DNA of 63,965 nucleotides, the filler included, from Folioceros fuciformis (taxonomy: Eukaryota): the NCBI GenBank assembly GCA_049999805.1. It is 22 parts of 22 records of this genome, joined end to end, with 100 filler letters (N's around TTAATTAATTAA, not from the genome) between each part and the next. Parts side by side here need not be neighbours in the genome. Positions count along the whole stretch, not along the records: positions 62,895 to 63,965 come from JBNGIO010000340.1; 21 more parts are not named here. One strand, written 5' to 3'. Of this stretch, positions 62,895 to 63,965 are shown in pieces; position 1 is the first letter of the stretch, and each line of letters starts with the position of its first letter. The translations under genes were made by a program, and so were the position numbers. The notes under the pieces were generated by a model. That model saw nothing but the letters and a program-made list of their open reading frames with translations, was not told where the DNA came from and searched no databases.

Positions 62895-63965
62895 GCAGAA
62901 TCAGGCCTCCTGAGTGCTTCCTCGTATGACTGTGGCTCGACGGGGTCCAGCAATGTGGCATGTGCTTCAGCTGGCCTGAAATCATGGGATTGGTAGAAGT
63001 CTGGAGGTCGTCGAATACGTTGAGGATAACGACGTTCAGGCTGTGCAGCTAGTTTTGGCTGCTCACGCTGAGGGTCCAGATCATCAAGATTGACTTGTTC
63101 AGCATCTTCTGAAACAGCCTCAGCTGCTACCTCGTCTTCCTCTTGTTCTGAAACAGGGTCAGGAGGTAAGAGATCATGAGAAGGTGGCTCCTGTATAGGA
63201 TCAGCAATATTTTCCAAGATTTCCTGGTCTGGGACAGGCTCAAGTTTGGGTGCTAGCTGAAGCTGATCCTCTTGATCCCCACCTGCAAGAGCAACATCCT
63301 CAGGAAGATCCTCAAAGTGAGAAACATCCAGATCAAGATGTTCCCAACTGTCAGGAGCAGCATCATCAGCAGGAGAAGCATCATCAGCAACTCCTACTGG
63401 CCAGAAACACTTTTCGTCAAAGGTAACACTCCTGGAGTATGTAACCTGATTTGTGGATACGTCATACAGCTTGTATGCCTTAATCCCTTCTGTGTACCCT
63501 AACATCAGCAACTTCTGTGCCTTGTTAAACAGCTTCTTGCGTTTTTCACGAGGAATAAAGGAGTAGGCAGCACATCAGAAAGTCCTGAGATGTTGAATCT
63601 TTGGCTTATGCCCATAGAAGGCTTCGTAGGGAGTCATCCCTGAAACAATAGTGGTTGGAAGTCTGTTTCTCAAATAAACAGCTGTGATGAGGGCTTCTGC
63701 CCAGTAAGGCAGAGGAAGGTGAGCATTATTCAACAAAGAAGAGGTAATCTCTTGCAAAGTGAGGTTCATATGCTCAGCCACTTCATTCTGTTGGGGTGTA
63801 TAAACCACTGTTAACAGTTGCCCAATGCCCTTATTGGTATAGAAAGCTTGAAACTCATGTGAGGTAAATTCCCCACCGTTATCTGAACGTAGGGTTTTAA
63901 GCTGCTTCCCTGTCCAGTGTTCAGCAAACTTGAGATAAGCTTTAAAATGTGTGAAACACTCACTT
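62895..63965 (-). mobile_element. Ty1/copia integrase, SH3-like region and linker
   Basis: LRSDNGGEF, YTPQQNEVAE, YWAEA..TAVYLRNRLPT, LGY..GIKAYKLYD, EPQSYEEA. Confidence 0.93.

Overview
The window is not contiguous DNA. It is 22 short contigs (about 1-5.6 kb) joined by artificial 100-bp spacers (N44-TTAATTAATTAA-N44), so adjacency across spacers means nothing. The source is a repeat-rich land-plant nuclear genome, plausibly a non-seed plant (inferred, not proven). Most of it is nested, decayed Ty1/copia and Ty3/gypsy LTR retrotransposons plus two LINE fragments. Host genes recognised by manual splicing: an RRM + RanBP2-zinc-finger RNA-binding protein, one isolated NSF exon (missed by the ORF track), a PQQ/polyvinyl-alcohol-dehydrogenase-like gene, a class III starch branching enzyme pseudogene, an OBERON-like PHD gene and a UBC4/5-type E2. 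There is also a tRNA-like gene. The most unusual signals are: (1) LTRs ending AGT...ACT instead of TG...CA, seen in two copies of a copia family and in a 627-bp solo LTR with a clean 5-bp TSD; (2) a conserved accessory protein gene that starts about 400-500 bp inside a putative LTR end, runs antisense from its own TATA box, and occurs four times in two diverged lineages; (3) an antisense ORF between RNase H and the PPT of a copia element; (4) an LTR collapsed into a 124-bp U5-U5 palindrome. All family assignments come from remembered motifs, with no database search.
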